From SAR324 cluster bacterium (GTDB lineage Bacteria; SAR324; NAC60-12), in NCBI GenBank assembly GCA_028281495.1, contig JANQJU010000095.1, forward strand, positions 25,206 to 89,205: DNA of 64,000 bases, read 5' to 3'. The notes under the pieces were generated by a model that did no database searches, was not told the origin of the DNA, and was given only the letters and a program-made list of their open reading frames with translations. This document shows, piece after piece, positions 17,496-26,499 of the stretch (position 1 is its first letter; every line of letters starts with the position of its first letter). The position numbers and the translations under genes are program-made.

Positions 17496-18741
17496 CAGAC
17501 TCCTTGTTTGTAACAGCGTTATCTAAATCGTCTAAAAAAACAAAAAGTGTTTCAAGCCGGGCCTCAACGAATCGAATGAGATGGAAATTGTCCCACATAA
17601 AGGCTTCGATCTCTTGTGTACTGAAACTATTCGTGCCTCTTATATGTTGTAAGTGTTCCTCAAGACTGATTCGGGTGCTGACAATCCAATCTTTGCCGCT
17701 CGTTTTGCTGCTCTTTACCTCCTCTTCAACATCATACCACTTATAAAAATTGTTGAGTTTGGTAATTAAATTTTTCAGTGAAGCAATATGGGTCTGATAG
17801 GTTTCCATAAAATCTTGGCAACTTTGATACCAACAAATGGTGAAGCTATTTACAAAGAATTTGTTTTCGGCTTCGTCCAACCCTGCGATCATGTTGTCAC
17901 ACATTCTTTGAAAATAAAAAGGGATGTTCCAATGGCCCGCTTCTTTGCGCTTTCGAATATCGGCCTTTTTTTCTTGGAAATTAAACTTAAGTGAATTGAG
18001 TGAGAAGTCGGATTTTTCCAAAACTATTTCTTTCTTAAACTTTCTCTCATAATCGTCACCATTATCAAAGAAACCTTTAGCTTCATGGTCGCCCAAGAAA
18101 TAATATACTTTGAGACTATCTATATAGGATGTTGGTTGAAGATTATCGTTGATTATTGTCAACATTTTATCGTTTTCACCTTGGAAATCTTGTTCGATTT
18201 TAATCAATGATTTCTGAATTCTGTCTAATTTATCTTTTATAAATTTTATCAATTCGATTAGTTGATCGATTTTGAATACGACTTCTGATTGGCTAAAAGT
18301 CCCTGGGTTTTCAAGCTGTTCTTTAAAATATTTGATTGTTTCATTAATTGTTTCTTTTGGTTGAGGATGCTTCTCACTGTCTCCGAACCTTAGTTCATAA
18401 AAATCGTTTTTTAGGTTTCTTAATCCACCTTCCTCAAGTTTTTCTCTAGATATAGAGTCAAAAGTATTGATGGATTTGATTAAATCCAGATAGTCCATTC
18501 TTTCGGAAACAAAGTGGATTTGATCATAACAATGTTGAAAGATACGATCTTGACTAGAGGGGGCAATTAAATGAGATTTGTTTTCTACCCAAGCTGGCGA
18601 ATTTTTAATCCACTCTTCGATTTGTTTTCTTGTGTATGGTAACGCAAAATTGAATTTAGCTTTTTCAGATTTAGCCGCAGGTAAACCGGCAAGAGTTTTT
18701 AACGAGTCATATTCTTTTTGTGTAATGCCACTAACACACAT
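17476..18741 (-). CDS. Orphan 421-aa protein, first gene of the two-gene island operon
   Basis: Long uninterrupted AT-rich ORF, same strand as the 1078-aa ORF and overlapping it. Predicted soluble and helical, with no recognisable domain. Confidence 0.55.
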   Translation of the reverse strand: MCVSGITQKEYDSLKTLAGLPAAKSEKAKFNFALPYTRKQIEEWIKNSPAWVENKSHLIAPSSQDRIFQHCYDQIHFVSERMDYLDLIKSINTFDSISREKLEEGGLRNLKNDFYELRFGDSEKHPQPKETINETIKYFKEQLENPGTFSQSEVVFKIDQLIELIKFIKDKLDRIQKSLIKIEQDFQGENDKMLTIINDNLQPTSYIDSLKVYYFLGDHEAKGFFDNGDDYERKFKKEIVLEKSDFSLNSLKFNFQEKKADIRKRKEAGHWNIPFYFQRMCDNMIAGLDEAENKFFVNSFTICWYQSCQDFMETYQTHIASLKNLITKLNNFYKWYDVEEEVKSSKTSGKDWIVSTRISLEEHLQHIRGTNSFSTQEIEAFMWDNFHLIRFVEARLETLFVFLDDLDNAVTNKESDANKNS

Positions 18742-18851
18742 AATAGAAGTCCTACGATTTGATGTTGATCCGTCAAAGGGTGAGTCGGGTTATTGACGTT
18801 GGGAACAACCGTTTCTTATCAAGTTGGTGATCCATTTAATGAATGGTGAAT

Positions 18852-19188
18852 TTACCTGAAATCTGGAATCGCAACGGCTGTGGTGAGGCTTTTCGGAAGC
18901 CCATGTTTTGCTAGGGAACCCCCGGTAAAGCTGGGATCATCCGTGACCTCTCGAATCGCATAGTCTGGCATGGGAAAGTTAATCAGTAGAAGGGGCCCTG
19001 CCATCGATGGGCCGTGCCTCTCTCAATCTCAGTTGTGATCCTGTCACGTATAAATCCGTAATCACTTCAGTCGTCACCACCAAATGATGAGGCACTTCAC
19101 GGCATAGCCAGCGGCGCTCACGTTCAACCGCCATATATTTCGTTTTGGGGAAACCCAGTTCTAATGCTGTCTTTGGATTGATATTCAT
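18852..19188 (-). pseudogene. CYTH-domain protein, disrupted
   Basis: The N-part AVERERRWLCREVP...ITDLYVTGSQLRLREA (ExExK-like start) ends in a stop at 18979. A different frame downstream reads PDYAIREVTDDPSFTGGSLAKHG, the typical CYTH C-terminus. The middle of the domain is missing. Confidence 0.5.
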
Positions 19189-19570
19189 TGAGACTCGTCT
19201 TGATGCTCAACTATGATTACTATGATATAATTACTATGAATTGATAACTGCAAGCTCTGGTTCGTCGCACACTCGACGTCGGTTTTTTGAACCGCATCGA
19301 TGAAAGCCTCGAGCTTATCAGGATCGAGACGCCCCCTTGTACGGACACCTGAGCACAAATCCACCCCGAACGGACGCACCGTTTTCATGGCTTCACCGAC
19401 ATTGTCCGGTGACAATCCACCCGCAAGAAATACCGGATGGGAGATACGTCATACAAATTCATCACTCACTGACCAGTCATGGATTCGGCTCGTCCCACCA
19501 TATTCTGGAGTGCTTAACGAAGGCCGTCTAGAATCGAGTAAAATTGAGTTAATGGCATCGCTACTAATAA
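19185..19570 (-). pseudogene. trpF: Phosphoribosylanthranilate isomerase, 5'-truncated and frameshifted
   Basis: One frame reads AINSILLDS...GGTSRIHDWS. A second frame reads PVFLAGGLSPDNVGEAMKTVRPFGVDLCSGVR..GRLDPDKLEAFIDAV. Together these match the C-terminal ~90 aa of TrpF, and no N-terminal half is present. Confidence 0.7.
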
Positions 19571-19580
19571 ACACATTGAT

Positions 19581-19602
19581 AATTACTACATATGTAGTAA
19601 TT
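19581..19602. promoter_or_regulatory. Perfect 22-bp palindrome AATTACTACATATGTAGTAATT, putative BlaI/MecI-type operator
   Basis: Lies 48 nt upstream of the blaI-like start. It contains the TACA/TGTA dyad typical of BlaI/MecI operators, and its core TACTACA-N2-TGTAGTA recurs at 21231-21254. Confidence 0.6.
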
Positions 19603-19649
19603 AAGAGAAAATCCGTATCTTTAAACGATAAATCTGAAGTCATGGAACG

Positions 19650-20054
19650 ATGAAAAAGAAACCATTAACCCTCGGACCGTTAGAAATGGAGTTGTTGGGG
19701 TTATTTGAAGACAATCGAGAATTGTCGGTTCGCGATGTTCAAGCGGAACTGAGAAGCCGAAACAATGAATTAGCGTATACAACGGTTATGACGGTCTTAG
19801 GCAGGCTGTATGATAAGAATCTCTTGAATCGTCGTAAAGCAGGGCGGCAATATATCTATTTTCAAGCACAAGAAACCCCTACTACAGGAAAATCATTTTT
19901 GAATCAGGTCAGTCATGCCTTGTTTCACAATCAACGGTTAAAACCGATTCTTTCCCTATTGGAAGAAGATGAATCTCTTACCGAACAGGAGTTGTTGGAG
20001 TTAAAAAAACAAGTGGAGCTTAAAATTCAGAAAATGAAAAAGAGTGAAAAATGA
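19650..20054 (+). CDS. blaI: BlaI/MecI/CopY-family winged-helix repressor
   Basis: 134 aa. LGPLEMELLGLF...LSVRDVQAEL...LAYTTVMTVLGRLYDKNLLNRRKAGRQYIY is the penicillinase-repressor fold pattern. It overlaps the downstream M56 peptidase gene by 4 nt. Confidence 0.85.
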   Translation: MKKKPLTLGPLEMELLGLFEDNRELSVRDVQAELRSRNNELAYTTVMTVLGRLYDKNLLNRRKAGRQYIYFQAQETPTTGKSFLNQVSHALFHNQRLKPILSLLEEDESLTEQELLELKKQVELKIQKMKKSEK

Positions 20055-21190
20055 TCGACTTCACGCTGATGAGTACGAACCTCATTATCAATTCTATACT
20101 TTCCTTTTGGATGGCTGCTTTGATCATTTCCATTAGCCTGAAAATCGTACCTTTGGGAATCAATCGAGGGAAACTCACCATCCTTCTGTTGCCGCTGGTG
20201 GTCCTAGTTTGGGATTGTTTGCAAGGGATCCCATCGAATTCCATTCTGTCGTTAGGATATGAAAAAGCTCAATGGATTTTTGCACATAAGATGGATCCTG
20301 GAATCAATCTGGGTGGAGCTATCGCAACATGGTTAGGGCCAACATTTGCGGTCAATTTTATCCTTTATCTGGAAACGCCAGCCGGTAATTATTCGATGAG
20401 TTATGTTGATTTTATTTTGCTATTCATGGATCGACGAGAAATTTTCATACTATTGTTGGTCGGGAGTCTTTTCATCATCTGTATTTCTTGTGTTCGAATT
20501 TTGCGACGGGCCTTCCATTATTATAGATTTAGCCAGCAGACTGGCTCCTTGCCAAATCCGACTCACGTTGTGCTGACACAAAAAATAGGCCCACCAAGAA
20601 AAATCCCCATTTTTCAGTCCAATGATCAATCGATGATTCCGTTTGCCGGAGGAATCATAAAACCCTTCATTCATATTCCGAAGTGGCTCGATTCAGTCCT
20701 CACCTCTCAAGAACAAAATGCTGTTCTTCAACATGAATTGGCCCATATTAAGCACCGAGACTTGATCCTCTTTTATGCTCTACAGTTTTTAACGGATCTC
20801 TTTTGGTTCATTCCAGGCATCTCACGTTGGAATAAAAAAATTTTATGCTTCATTGAACAACTAGCCGACCAAACCGCCATTCGTTCTGGAGTTGAACCTA
20901 CAGATTTGGCGTCTGCCATGATCAAATTGAAGCAGCACCACCTGAACTCAAACCAAGTATTTGGGATGTCTGTCAGTCCAAACACCATGTTTCAACAAAG
21001 AATCAATCTCTTATTACAACCCCCTCAGCTTTCCAGTTGGTTTGCTTCTACGTGTTGGGGTAAAATCGGAATCGGTTTCTTTTGGTTTTGGACATGTCTT
21101 GGTCTACAAGCAAACTTCCTGGGGAACCATGATTTAACCCCCCCCTTTCAGATGCCGGTGATGACTCTAATTTATCAATTATTTATTTAA
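20051..21190 (+). CDS. M56-family (BlaR1/MecR1-like) membrane zinc metalloprotease lacking a C-terminal sensor domain
   Basis: Multiple TM helices and the HExxH motif in LQHELAHIKHRDL. At 379 aa it is too short to include the ~250-aa penicillin-binding sensor domain of classical BlaR1. Confidence 0.8.
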   Translation: MIDFTLMSTNLIINSILSFWMAALIISISLKIVPLGINRGKLTILLLPLVVLVWDCLQGIPSNSILSLGYEKAQWIFAHKMDPGINLGGAIATWLGPTFAVNFILYLETPAGNYSMSYVDFILLFMDRREIFILLLVGSLFIICISCVRILRRAFHYYRFSQQTGSLPNPTHVVLTQKIGPPRKIPIFQSNDQSMIPFAGGIIKPFIHIPKWLDSVLTSQEQNAVLQHELAHIKHRDLILFYALQFLTDLFWFIPGISRWNKKILCFIEQLADQTAIRSGVEPTDLASAMIKLKQHHLNSNQVFGMSVSPNTMFQQRINLLLQPPQLSSWFASTCWGKIGIGFFWFWTCLGLQANFLGNHDLTPPFQMPVMTLIYQLFI

Positions 21191-21230
21191 TCACCTACAA
21201 AACAGGAGGGTTAATAAATTTTTGTAACTT

Positions 21231-21254
21231 AAAATACTACACTTGTAGTATTTT
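21231..21254. promoter_or_regulatory. Inverted repeat AAAATACTACA-CT-TGTAGTATTTT, second putative BlaI-type operator
   Basis: 11-bp perfect arms, ~70 nt upstream of the 21322 start. It shares the core TACTACA-N2-TGTAGTA with the palindrome upstream of blaI. Confidence 0.6.
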
Positions 21255-21321
21255 AATAATTAAAACAAGGATTGCAGGGGGCTATTTCTCTTCAATCATT
21301 ACGTTACAAAGGAGAGTAATC

Positions 21322-22584
21322 ATGAATCGACATATGCCAACCGCCATTTCATTGATATTAGGAATGGCTTTAGTTTTCATAGCTTCTTGTTCAACCACTA
21401 GCCCGTATCTTGATGTATCAGACCAGGAAAAACGGATAGAAATTTTAAGCAAGTGGTTAGAGTCGGAGCGAATTAAAAGCCATATCGCAGGAATGTCCAT
21501 TGTGATTGTACAAAATAACCGGGTACTGCTGAAACAAGGTTTTGGGTGGTCAAATGTTGAGGAGAAAATACCTGTAACCCCCAAGACGCTCTTTCCTATG
21601 GGTTGTTTAACAAAAACATTCACAGCAACACTCATTGCCAAGTTGGTTGATGAAGGTAAATTAGATTGGGATGATCCTGTGGCTAAGTATATTCCTGGTT
21701 TTAATCTGACGATAAAGAGTGACCATGAGAATGATACTGTAACCATTCGAGATTTACTCACCCATCGGGTAGGGATCGGTCTAACATCTAACAAAGGCTG
21801 GAATAATATGACGAGCCTAGAAGAAGTGCTGACAGCATTATCTGAAGAAAAACCAGCCGCTAGATTCAGAACAAGTTATCTCGATAATATTGCCCTGGAT
21901 ATGGCTGCAGGAGTTTCAGCAGGTAAGGCATCAAATTTGAGTTGGGCCGATTCCTTAAAGACTTTTTTACTAGGGCCGCTTGAAATGAGAAATTCTCAGG
22001 ATTTGGTCCTGCTAAAAAAGAAAAAACTCCGTCAATTTACGAGTTATGATTGGATAGAAAAAGAAGAAAAGTTTAAGAGCATTCCTTGGAAAAACGCTTT
22101 TGTGGATAACAATCCAGCAGCAGGGTTGGTTTCTAATGCAGAGGATATGGGCAAATGGCTAAAGTTTCTATTGAATCAAGGCAAATTTAATCGCCAACAG
22201 GTTGTGAGTGCAGAACAATTACAAGAAACTTGGACCCCTCAGATTGATTTGCCATGGCAGTGGGCCGTTGACCTCAAATTTTCAAAGGGAATATTGGGTG
22301 GAGATGCCGCAGAATATTACGGAATGGGATGGGTGATTGGAGAGAAAAAGGGACAAAAAGTCATCGCGACGAGAGGGCGTTATTCAAAGTTCCGTTCTCG
22401 AATGGTTTTGCTTCCTGATACAAACGTTGGTTTTGTTGTAATGGGAAACTCCCCCGGACACAATTCGGATTTATATTCAAAGTTGATAGATAATATCTTT
22501 GAAGCTGTGTTAGGCAGCCGAAGCCACGACCCAAATGCGACACACGACCCACAACCACACATACCACTTCACCAAACCCGCTAA
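21322..22584 (+). CDS. Beta-lactamase/PBP-fold (class C / family VIII esterase-like) lipoprotein with Cys replacing the SxxK serine
   Basis: Lipobox LVFIASC. TLFPMGCLTKTFTATLIAKLVDEGKLDWDDPVAKYIPGF aligns to the F.(I/L)(A/G)S.TK.FTA...L...G.L.LDD.V..Y(L/I)P motif, but codon TGT (Cys) occupies the nucleophile position. The KTG/HTG box position reads TRG. Confidence 0.75.
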   Translation: MNRHMPTAISLILGMALVFIASCSTTSPYLDVSDQEKRIEILSKWLESERIKSHIAGMSIVIVQNNRVLLKQGFGWSNVEEKIPVTPKTLFPMGCLTKTFTATLIAKLVDEGKLDWDDPVAKYIPGFNLTIKSDHENDTVTIRDLLTHRVGIGLTSNKGWNNMTSLEEVLTALSEEKPAARFRTSYLDNIALDMAAGVSAGKASNLSWADSLKTFLLGPLEMRNSQDLVLLKKKKLRQFTSYDWIEKEEKFKSIPWKNAFVDNNPAAGLVSNAEDMGKWLKFLLNQGKFNRQQVVSAEQLQETWTPQIDLPWQWAVDLKFSKGILGGDAAEYYGMGWVIGEKKGQKVIATRGRYSKFRSRMVLLPDTNVGFVVMGNSPGHNSDLYSKLIDNIFEAVLGSRSHDPNATHDPQPHIPLHQTR

Positions 22585-22835
22585 TAAGCGAAGATCTTCG
22601 GCCTGAAGTGCTTTCGATCCGACGTACCAGATCGTCTTTCTCATCCAAATTGAAGTCGATTCGTTGATCGGTCACTTCGCTTTCCAAGTCACGTTGCTCC
22701 CGAAGCCGTTTGCCTTTACCCATTGATTCCTTTTAGTCATGAAAAACTTTCCATAACCAAAATTAACACCAATTCGCAAATGATTTGTGGATGGAGTCAT
22801 TTGTGGAGAAATCGTTTGAAAACCACAAAATTTCA

Positions 22836-23819
22836 TCAAAATCTTAATTGAAAAGTAAATCTTGGAGCCAAAGTTCTTGAAGATTCTGGATCATCAAAGT
22901 TACTGGCATCTTCTCCCGGCTTTGCCTTCATATCTTTGGCTCTTTGAAGGCGTCGACCATCCGTGATGGTATTTGCCCCAAAATGGATTGCTATGGCCAA
23001 ATCCAAATCAAAATTAGGATTTGCCCCGTGATACACCCAACCGGTATACATAGAATCTACAAAGAGAATAAGATCAAATTCTCCGTGGAGAAGGGTGAAG
23101 ATCACGCTAGAAACAAAATTGCTGCTCCAGCGAGCCATACTGTGAGAAAGTGAATCTTTAAAAAGATGATAGAACCAGTTCTGGATGATTCCTCGGCTGA
23201 GCAGTTCCTCTCCGATACTGGTTAAGTAGGCGTTAACTAAGGTCCAGTTTTGAAGGTCCTCTTTTGTATAGCCATCTGTGTGGTAAACAAACTTTGGAGT
23301 TTCCTGGGTTTCAGTTTGTAGGGCCACTCCAGGATAAAAGGTCGGTTCCAGAAGATAATCCCAAAACTTCAAAGGAGATAAAAAATAGCCATAAGTTTCA
23401 TTATTATACTCACAGGTTTTATCATACAGATCCTGGCTCGTAATTTGCCAAAAGGCAAAGTAGATTCTCCAATAGTTTGCTGCCATAAAATTTTCATATG
23501 GCATAAAAACATCGACCTGGTCTTCATGCCGATAAGGACCTCCATGCTCATCACTGGTGTCCCGGTAGATTTTTTCATCATCGGGTTCAAAATCTTTATG
23601 ATTACGAAAATAGATCGTGCGTTCCAGAGAAAGCCATCGAGTTATACCGAAGGTCAAGGCTTTATCATATTGTCCCAGCCTAGAGTACCCTACTCCTGGT
23701 AAAAGCGTTTCTATCGCCCAAGTGCCCCAGCATTTTGAGATAGAAGTGGCATTGATCGAAGTCGTTAGTACAAAATAGATGGCCACTGAAAGCGCGATAT
23801 CCAAATTTTTTTTAACCAT
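22836..23819 (-). CDS. CPBP (CAAX protease/bacteriocin-processing) family intramembrane protease
   Basis: Motifs EELLSRG (EExxxR), FTLLHG (FxxxH) and AIHFGAN (HxxxN) occur in order in the C-terminal half. There is an N-terminal signal/TM segment. Confidence 0.6.
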   Translation of the reverse strand: MVKKNLDIALSVAIYFVLTTSINATSISKCWGTWAIETLLPGVGYSRLGQYDKALTFGITRWLSLERTIYFRNHKDFEPDDEKIYRDTSDEHGGPYRHEDQVDVFMPYENFMAANYWRIYFAFWQITSQDLYDKTCEYNNETYGYFLSPLKFWDYLLEPTFYPGVALQTETQETPKFVYHTDGYTKEDLQNWTLVNAYLTSIGEELLSRGIIQNWFYHLFKDSLSHSMARWSSNFVSSVIFTLLHGEFDLILFVDSMYTGWVYHGANPNFDLDLAIAIHFGANTITDGRRLQRAKDMKAKPGEDASNFDDPESSRTLAPRFTFQLRF

Positions 23820-24039
23820 GATCCACTTTCTATTTTAAATATATAAGTTCTACCCAAACCAACTTCCGCCTTGAAGCTTGAAAAAACAATACTTGTTGGA
23901 TCCATGTTTGATATCAAACCCATTGATTTTCAAAGTTTTTTTCATGAACGGTTGGTATTCAGCACTGAACGGTAGAAAAAGTGAATATGGGTTATTCTGC
24001 TAACATTTAGATATCGCGAAAATTCTCAAATTTTATCAT

Positions 24040-25023
24040 ATGCTCAAAAAGATTATAAAAAGGCTTCAACAGCTCGTTCAATTTCCTCTGCCTTATCCAG
24101 ATAGATTTTCAGGCAGAATACAGATTTATAGTTTATACGCCACCTTAGGAGGAGGTTTTGCTTTTGCCATTGATTATTTTTCGTACCCTGAAACAAATTG
24201 GGACGATTTTTCTTTGAGCTTGATTTATCTATTGCGAGCAGGAGTGGCGTATTTTTTTGCTTGTTTGATTATTGATGAATACTTAATGCCTCTGCTGCCT
24301 AAGGGGTGGGGGAAGCATTCAAATCGTACGGTAGGTAAAAATTGGATTGTTCAACTGGGAATAGCGAGTTTGTTTTTTCTCTGTATTGAGGTTTCTGATC
24401 TCTTCCTCATCCCTCTGCTCCAAGGTCTTGGATTTCCGTCAAATGTTGATCACTTTGCCTTTTGGGAAGAGTATTTCAGGATCTTACCTTATCTGGCTGT
24501 GATTATGTTTATAGTCATGACATTTCAAAAAAAAATGAATTATTTTTATCAATTACAAGATGCCAAAAAGATCAATCAACTTTTGATAGGAAAACATGAA
24601 CTTTTCGATCCTCCCAATAATTCGAATGTTTTATCTACAGAATCGAATCAGAGTAAGCCCTCCTTTTCTCCTGAAAAACTGATTCTACATACAGCTCAGG
24701 GGCAAGAGTTGGTCGAATTGAATTCAATCATTTATATAAAGGTCAAAGAACATTCCACTCAACTGTTTATTGACAAACTAGGGGGAATGAAAACCATTTA
24801 TGTTTCAACCTCTTTAAAAGAACTTAAGGAAAAACTGCCTGAATCGTCTTTTATTCAGACACATCGGTCATATATTGGAAATTTAAAATTTGCCAATCGA
24901 GTCGTAAATTATGGTGGAAAATATTTGCTTTATCTCAAAGAAGATCAATACTCTATTCCGATTAGTCGAAGACGGTTCTCTGAAACTTCAAAAAAGATAA
25001 AAGAGTGCTATAAAAACGATTAG
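24040..25023 (+). CDS. Membrane-anchored LytTR-domain DNA-binding protein
   Basis: The N-terminal half has several TM helices. The C-terminus IIYIKVKEHSTQLFIDKLGGMKTIYVSTSLKELKEKLPESSFIQTHRSYIGNLKF is a LytTR domain. Confidence 0.75.
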   Translation: MLKKIIKRLQQLVQFPLPYPDRFSGRIQIYSLYATLGGGFAFAIDYFSYPETNWDDFSLSLIYLLRAGVAYFFACLIIDEYLMPLLPKGWGKHSNRTVGKNWIVQLGIASLFFLCIEVSDLFLIPLLQGLGFPSNVDHFAFWEEYFRILPYLAVIMFIVMTFQKKMNYFYQLQDAKKINQLLIGKHELFDPPNNSNVLSTESNQSKPSFSPEKLILHTAQGQELVELNSIIYIKVKEHSTQLFIDKLGGMKTIYVSTSLKELKEKLPESSFIQTHRSYIGNLKFANRVVNYGGKYLLYLKEDQYSIPISRRRFSETSKKIKECYKND

Positions 25024-25467
25024 AGAAGAGGCTCTACTTTTCTACAATGCCAATCCTCCAAACCATTCCGGTGTAACAAAGATTCCGCCCCTGAAAGAAC
25101 ACTCATCTCGGCCAGGAACACCGAAGTCCCACGATAACGGTTAGTTTCCGACTCATACGATTTTTCATTATCAATCATTTCTATAAACTGAATCTTTTAT
25201 TTCCCTCAGTATCAATGAAAAAGAGCTGTGTTAGCCGTCAATTCACAGCCTGCTCCAACATGACTTGGCTGAAATCCTTCGCTACCGATCTATTTGGGGT
25301 TCCGGCGAGGTACGCAGGCTCGTCGAGCTTATCTGACATCGCTGGAAGCGATCCGTATACCCCATGTTTCGCTCAACCTACGCTTCAATCAGGGAGATAT
25401 CGAAACAATGTTGAAACGTCTGACCGATGACATACTGGCACATTTCATTGAATGAGGGAGAGAGACT

Positions 25468-26129
25468 ATGCAAAAAATCATTCTTGTTACCGGTTCAACT
25501 GACGGCATCGGGCTAGCTACGGCCAAGATGCTGGTCTCGCAGGGCCACCACGTCCTGCTACACGGCCGCAATCCAGCAAAATTGGAGGAGGCAGAAAAAA
25601 CCCTTTCCAGGCTATCAGGGGGAGGAAGTATTGAAAGCTATGTGGCGGATCTATCGGTTATAAACGATGTGATGGCACTCACGAACACCGTGGCGGAACG
25701 GACCCCTAAACTCGATGTGCTGATCAACAACGCGGGTGTCTATCGGACGGCCAATCTCGTCACGCAGGACGGATTGGATGTGCGGTTTGTTGTCAACACG
25801 ATTGCCTTTATCTGCTGACTCAACGGCTTATGCCGCTGCTTGGAGTTTCCGGACGAGTAATCAATCTTTCTTCTGCTGCTCAGTCTCCTGTTGATCCCAA
25901 GGCGATGGTGGGACAGGTCCAGCTATCTGACTTTGAAGCTTATGCGCAAAGTAAATTGGCGCTGACTATATGGTCCCGTAGTATGGCGCTTTCGCTCCAG
26001 GATAACGGCCCGGCAATCATCGCGGTTAACCCTGGATCGATGCTCGGCAGCAAGATGGTGAAAGAAGCCTTTGGAGTCGCTGGCGGCGATATCCGTATAG
26101 GCGCAGAAATTCTCAGCCGCGCAATACTG
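25468..26129 (+). pseudogene. Short-chain dehydrogenase/reductase, frameshifted and 3'-truncated
   Basis: ILVTGSTDGIGLATA (TGxxxGxG) is followed by NNAG. The frame breaks near 25805-25810 (NTIAFIC-stop in one frame, YLLTQRLMPLLG...INLSS..YAQSK in the next). SDR similarity stops at ..IGAEILSRAIL (~26129). Confidence 0.75.
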
Positions 26130-26219
26130 ATCCAGTGCCCACTGCCCACATTGAAAACGAGTGCAGTCATGAGAGGTATTCAACAGGACGGGCCGACCCA
26201 ATTTCTGGTCATTCATCAA
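26127..26219 (-). pseudogene. GNAT toxin (TacT-like) reduced to its first ~31 codons
   Basis: MMNDQKLGRPVLLNTSHDCTRFQCGQWALDQ matches the N-terminal L...HD...F.CG...LD.Y signature of DUF1778-partnered GNAT toxins. Beyond this point the frame is simply the antisense of the SDR remnant. Confidence 0.6.
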
Positions 26220-26499
26220 ACACTCCCGGTTCCGTCATCAAGGTCTGAAGCGCGGGAATGACTTGAGGGGGACGGTCCAGAGCCTTACAGAAGGCTTCCC
26301 ATTGCTCGTCCGAAAGTTTGAACTGATTTTGTTCGGCTAAAATAGCTTTGGCGGCCTCATAGGCGTTTTCAAGAATAAAATCACTGACGGTTTTCTGACG
26401 AAGTTGTGCCGCTCGGGTGATCAATTCTTTTTGAGAATGGCTTGCTCGTATATTGAGCCGTGTACTTTTTTTGACCCTTTCAGGGGATCGCTCTGGCAT
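26209..26499 (-). CDS. DUF1778 (TacA-like) antitoxin, now orphaned
   Basis: TRLNIRASHSQKELITRAAQLRQKTVSDFILENAYEAAKAILAEQ is the canonical DUF1778 pattern. It overlaps the toxin stump start by 11 nt. Confidence 0.8.
   Translation of the reverse strand: MPERSPERVKKSTRLNIRASHSQKELITRAAQLRQKTVSDFILENAYEAAKAILAEQNQFKLSDEQWEAFCKALDRPPQVIPALQTLMTEPGVFDE

Noticed and set aside
22361-22723. 120-aa minus-strand ORF starting in the 22585-22835 spacer.
   Set aside because: Two thirds of it is antisense to the 3' end of the beta-lactamase-fold gene. Only the first ~46 codons are intergenic, and they match nothing I recognise.
25215-25454. 71-aa ORF and an alternative frame ending ..RFNQGDIETMLKRLTDDILAHFIE just upstream of the SDR pseudogene. 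Possibly the C-terminal remnant of a regulator.
   Set aside because: The frames are interrupted by stops within ~55 codons, and I cannot assign a family. There is insufficient evidence to call even a pseudogene.
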